64,000 nucleotides of DNA. Source: Lepidodermella squamata (lineage: Eukaryota > Animalia > Gastrotricha). The notes under the pieces were generated by a model that saw only the letters and a list, made by a program, of their open reading frames with translations, was not told the DNA's origin and did not search any database. The translations under genes and the position numbers were made by a program. The stretch covers positions 4,712,001 through 4,776,000 of the forward strand of contig JBLDXI010000042.1 of assembly GCA_047495785.1 (NCBI GenBank), read 5' to 3'. This document shows, one piece after another, positions 57,414 to 64,000 of the stretch. How positions within the stretch are numbered: the stretch's first letter is position 1; each line of letters begins with the position of its first letter.

Positions 57414-59297
57414 TCACGGTATTATCCCGAAGGTTTGGCTCATTTCTTGCCAATGCGGATGGCAAATTAATGACTGGGGTAAGAATTTATCCATCCAGCG
57501 TAATGCTTCTATGAAAGCAGATGTTACAGATTCCCGAAAAAAATAGAAAGTATGCTCTATGCCCGTTGAATCTTCCCGCATCATCCCCGATGCATCCCGT
57601 GGTGCAGTAAGTGCAGTATAATAGGTGTGGCAATACCTTGAGAACAAGGAATTTCCATTGTTCTGACAGAAGAACAGATTCGCACACAACAAGGCAAAGT
57701 CTAATTGGGAAGGTCTTAACGCAAACATTTGCGCAACGGCTTCACCAATTTTAGCCTGGATGATGTCGTGGAAGCCGCTGAAATGGCGCTGGAAAAGATC
57801 TACAGAGTATGGATCTCCCAGGGAGAAGAAGTTGACGGCCGAAGGTGGCGCTTGTTGGTTGTACGTGTTGTATGCCAACGAGGCTGTCATTATTGGAAAG
57901 ATGGATCTAGCGAACATTTCCCTTCTCTCATCGTGTGTCAGTTGCCGAAATCCTGGAAAGGGAAAATGTTTCACCGGAAAAGGAATAAGTAATATTTCAT
58001 ACCTGGTAAATTGCGAATAAATGCTGCGATGAAGCTGAGATTCTTTTCAAAGCTTTGGGTCAGCACTGTCTCCCACAACTGCAGTGAATTTTGAGCAGAG
58101 CCCGGAGGTATAATGACGGCTGGATTGTTGCACATCTCAATCAGGTATTTACTCGCTTCGCTAACTGCGTTGTGGAACTCAAGCGGTAGATCAACAGCAG
58201 GCGAATTTTGAACCACGCTCGACACTGATTGAGGAGGCTCGACTTCTTTCGGGGAAAGCTTTGGCTCCTGCAAAACTTCTGGCGGAATACTTGGTGCAGT
58301 GGGGACATAATTATTCAGAGTTGATTGGATGCTATGTGTGGAATTGTTATCAGAGGAAGCAGGCGTATCCATGTTTTTCACCATAGCCATCTTCCGCCGC
58401 AAAACAGGGCCCGCAAGAAGCTTCTTCCGATTCTCCAAATGCCTAACGTATTTCGCTGCATCTAACCGCTGCGTTAGAGATCTGCGACCACGTTTTGAGG
58501 CGTCGAGTGACATCCCTGCCGTTAGGCACTCCTCGAATCTGCAGTGTTTGCATCGCTCGATACGCTCCTTTCTTCCTACGCTCGTGGCGATGCCGAATCC
58601 GAACGCGCATCTCAGATTGCGTCCGATGTTGCGCCGAAAGAAGCCTTTACAGCCCTCACAAGTCATGGCGCCGAAGTGATACCTTGTACATCATTCGAGT
58701 AACAACAAAATCCCATTAAAAAATTCAAAATGCCATACCCACTACTTGATGCCTCGCATACAACGCATGGAATGAGGCGAATGCTTACTCGTCGACCATC
58801 TGGCTTAGCAGCTACAGGTTGAACACGCTGTGAAGGAGATGGGGCATCTTGAGGCTCCAATTTCGGCTCAAGCACGGCTCTTTGCACATTCGGCGCCATG
58901 AGTTCATGGCACTTTCTCGCACGGCAAGGTCTGCAAAGATCGGAACCAACACTGTAAGACCGGTCGGCCGGGCAGTAGCATGATTTTTCGCATAATTTGA
59001 GTTCATTCAGGACGACCCTTCTGTAGAATTTCTGAAGAATTTATAAACACTATTATATTCGAGTTAAATTAATCATGAAATCCTAACCTTGCAAGCCGTG
59101 CAGACCGAGGATCGATTTTTGGCCAAGATGCTTTTTTCTGATTTTTGACCGAATGCTGCCGATTTGTCGTCGGTTTTCGATGTCGGGTAGCGCCTGACAC
59201 CCTCGACCTCAATGAGGTCTTCCAAGGGTTTGTCAGTTTTCGCCGAGGCAATTCTGCGCGAGCAAACCGAGCACGTGTCAACTTTGCAGGAAGTCAT
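57414..59297 (-). CDS. Nuclear receptor with two tandem DBDs (2DBD-NR-like); exons 59297-59088, 59031-58739, 58682-58003, 57952-57414
   Basis: DBD1: CSVC...CTACK|KFYRR...CEKSCYC...CRPCRARKC. DBD2: CVVC...YHFGAMTCEGCKGFFRR...CKHCRFEECLTAGM. Grip-box-like KRGRRS; LBD signature FIRNLPG|FRQLTHDER. All three introns (56, 56, 50 nt) are GT-AG and in frame. Confidence 0.8.
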
Positions 59298-60660
59298 TAT
59301 GCGGAAACTCAGCTTCAAAATCCACTGAGGCTCTGCAGTCGACCTCGAATATGACAATTTATAATGAAATTGCAAGTGATGTTTTTTTCCAACACATAGC
59401 TGAAGTATTCTTACCTTTCACAACAAAGAGAGCAACATTCCAGGTATTATTTTTGTGCAAGCGTACTAAGACCTAAATTTTTACTACGAGTTGTGTTGCG
59501 TAGTCACGCTTGGTGTAAAGACATACAATGACCCAGGGATTATTTGCCGCTGTGCTGCCGCGCTCGCTGCAGCCTTTTTATTGTGCGCAATGAATAATGG
59601 TCAAACTTGTGTGCCGGAGTAATTTTAGGAACTGCGGCAACGCGGCAACTTCTCACTCAGCTGTTTGGTGAATGCGATGATGTTTTTGTCTAATCTCACG
59701 CCATTAAATTACGCCGCGTTGACCAAGTGAATAACGTATAACGTACACTTGCTCACATGCTTTAGCCGGTGCAAACTTGCATCAACTGTTTTAGGAATAC
59801 GTCAGTTAATACACTCAAGCCCTCTCTTCTCTCGTGCGGGTAAGATTGATGTCTAACTTTGGAGACGTAAATTTATTTTCACGTTTCACACTGCTGCTTT
59901 AGCTTGCCTTTTTACCTACGTGTTGGGCTGTGGTAATAGATGGCTCGTGTAATCGTATGGTGTGGTTAGATGTTGAGTTGACATTATAGAAGAAGGCCGC
60001 TGTGAACTCACTAATTAATCTGATTACAGCTTTTAACCCGAGTTAGAAATCAGACAGCTGCAGCTGCAGTCTTTGAAGACATGAAATTATTGCAGCAGTG
60101 AACAATTGTTTCAGACGCCCAAATTAAGCCTAATCAACTTTTTTCATTATTTTTATAACGCCAGCCCTTACTCAGATTCAAACCGAATTTTTTTAAACAA
60201 TTTGATGAATAATGCCCTGAAGATGTGGGAATCATGTGGAATCAAATTCGTCATTATCTGATGCGTGGGTGAACTGCAAAATGGAATATTAACTTTCGCA
60301 TGGCAAACGATCTTGACCGCGTTTACTAGACCTGGCTCAACCTCTGAATAGGAACTCCATAATAAGTGAGGAATTACTTGATCAGTACTCAATAACCATC
60401 CTCAAATATCTGAAATTAAACTATATTTTTTCATGTATCTTTGACGTAAAAGACTCGTGACTGGCGAGGCTAATTTAAAAAATAGCTCCATGGTCAAAAT
60501 TCAGTAATTTTTAATTTGATCACTTTTATAAAGCTCAAGTGATTGCACTCAATTTTTTAAGCATTCACAGTACAAAAAACACAGTTGAACCAATATATGA
60601 ACGTGATATTAGCAACGTTATTCGCTATACTCCGTGAGCGTGAATTCCAGGCTGCTCGCA

Positions 60661-62010
<1,350 letters not shown>

Positions 62011-62496
62011 TAAAATCAGCGATACCTAAACTATATAATAAAGTTGGCGATTAGTTGATGGCATTGGAAATGGGCAGACACCAGCTGTCTCAGCCTTAGT
62101 TTGCCCAGTGCGAAATATATGCAGGTTTTAAGAAAATTTTGATGTAAGTTTACACGACTTGACAGAAGACAAAAGACAGAATTCAATCGACAAAAATGGC
62201 AAAGAAGAAAACAAACGGGTAGAATCGCCGCTGAAGCAATCATACATGCGGGTCTCACGCTCCCAAAGAGGCGAACTGTATCGACCAGAAGCCCGATGAT
62301 GTAGGAAAAAAACGGAAAGGGGCTCACCGCTCACACTGGAAACCGGCAAACGCGATTTCCTTGGAACTGACGAGCAAGAAAAATCGCGCGCGCGAATTAT
62401 TAAAAGTCAACACCAACTTTAAATTTTTGTCTGATAAATTAAGTTTAAATGAATATGTTTACCTTTGTATTGACATTTTTATATTACATCGATACA

Positions 62497-62510
62497 GTTG
62501 CTAAGGGCGC
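62497..62510. promoter_or_regulatory. Candidate RFX X-box half-site upstream of PP2D1
   Basis: GTTGCTAAGG; same 9-mer core as the site upstream of CFAP206. Confidence 0.3.
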
Positions 62511-62873
62511 TAAAAAGCTCAGCCGGTGTCGCGCTCCGGCGCGAGGTCCTGACTTCCTGAACTTACTTAGGTACTTAATTCTTGACCTATCGGTGATTGT
62601 AGTCTTTCGCGTTGAAATAGTCAAGTGTTTCTCCTGGTTATCTGTTTATTGAACAAGTAATAGGGCTAATATTACCACGGTGTTATTACTTCCGTACCTT
62701 GAATGATGCTGAACTCACTGAAATCATTTGAGCTATAGCCATAGAATATTCCACACAGACATTTTGACGTCCGCCTTTTTGGTGGTTCAAAGTTTATCCT
62801 TATTGAAGTTTTGTCGATTTTCTTGTGCTTGTAGATGGTGTTGACTTGATATCCTACTATGGCGGTTAATTTT

Positions 62874-64000
62874 ATGGACATCGGAAAACTTGGCGCCAGG
62901 GAGCAGACTACTCAAAGTATTTGCGGTTTTGTGCAATCTTTGTATTATCAATATATAATTTGCTGATTTAAGGTTTGCTTTCTGTGCCGCCGGACGTCGG
63001 CATATTTTGCAGCAAATGCCGCGAATTCATTCAAATAAACAAATTGCGTGATCATAGAGCTGCTCATAAAGCTCTGAGCATCTTCGGCTTCAGAAGTAAT
63101 GATGGTGTAGGCTGTTTATCGCTGATTCATTGCTTTCTATTGCCACACAGGAATGTCACAAGTCAAAACTCTCGATCAACTCGCGTTGAAGCGAGTAGAG
63201 TTGCAGCAGAATATTGCTAGGGAACATCGCTACACCGCCAACAACAAAGATCTATCCAGCAGTAGTCAATTTGAGCTGCCGGTGCTAAGAGCTCCTGGTT
63301 AGCGTGTATTTTCTATTTAACGAAACACGCGAACCTCTTTTTCTTCATTCAAGGTCGACCTAAGCCTCCAAACAGCTTGGATACCCTTGTTATGGCAAAG
63401 CGGGAATATCTGCTTATTGACGAAGCTTACCAGATAATTCGAGACTACTGCTTTTTCGACAAGAGTCCTTTCATTTTGAAGTAAGAATATAGACAATGTG
63501 CTTTAATATATACCTAGCGAAAACGACATTATTTACAGGCCTAAATCTGACGTTAGACACTGTGTTGGGTTACCTTCTCTTACCTCTGGAATATTAGCTG
63601 TTGGCGTCGCTGCTGATCAGAACGAAGCATATCGACCTACAATGGAAGACTGGTAACAGTTCATGCAATTAGCAACGTTCAGAATGTTATATAAAATGTA
63701 TATCATAGTCGGGTCTTTGTCGACCCATATGGGCCAGCTGAAGTTGGTGCCGCTATGTTTGGCATATTTGATGGCTATAACGGAACTAGGTCAGCTCATC
63801 CTTCAAAGTCAATTTGAATAATGTGAATATTTGTTTAATTGAACAGAGCTGCCAATTTTGTATGCAAATCGATTTCACATCTTCTGATGGAAGAACTCGC
63901 ACGACTAGACCCAAGTTTTACGGATAGCGCAAATCCAACCTCGGAAAATGAGGACTCATTCGCCAAAGAAATGGCTGAAAAGGCCGAAGTTTTGAAACTG
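62874..64000 (+). CDS. PP2D1: PP2C-like domain-containing protein (5' part, many mini-introns; runs off the window)
   Basis: IFCSKCREFI...HRAAHKALSIFGF (PP2D1-type N-terminal C2H2-like motif); VGVAADQNEAYRPTMED; FGIFDGYNG (PP2C motifs 1 and 2). Confidence 0.7.

Overview
Gene-dense eukaryotic, almost certainly metazoan, genomic DNA. It carries a nuclear receptor, a TRPM channel, a motile-cilia gene and GT-AG introns, many only about 45-60 nt. Spliced host genes: TRIP12/UFD4 HECT E3 (3' part), a TRPM-family channel, TMBIM4, NECAP, PI4KA, PSMD1/Rpn2, RNF121, PP2D1 (5' part), an orphan Cys/His-domain kinase and a nuclear receptor. Once a 56-nt intron is removed, that receptor has two tandem DNA-binding domains (2DBD-NR), which the ORF track does not show. 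Intronless genes: a GT32-LamG glycosyltransferase, CFAP206, a GT31 galactosyltransferase and CRELD. Mobile DNA: an intact full-length LINE with a 13-bp TSD, a decayed MULE transposase, and pogo-like and piggyBac-like MITEs. The most striking structure lies inside TRPM introns 1 and 5. Each holds an ncRNA cassette made of a head-to-head U2 snRNA pair and a tRNA-Ser(TGA). The two cassettes are an inverted duplication, yet their central bidirectional promoter spacers are in direct orientation. This is the footprint of a flip-flop inversion between the U2 arms, which pairs two U2 sequence variants with both promoter halves. The cassettes also bracket a phase-symmetric exon block (exons 2-5). CFAP206, GT32 and TRPM are packed like an operon, and the two downstream genes have the same ATTCTTAG acceptor just before their ATGs, which suggests SL trans-splicing. 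All coordinates were read by eye; exon boundaries may be off by a few nt.
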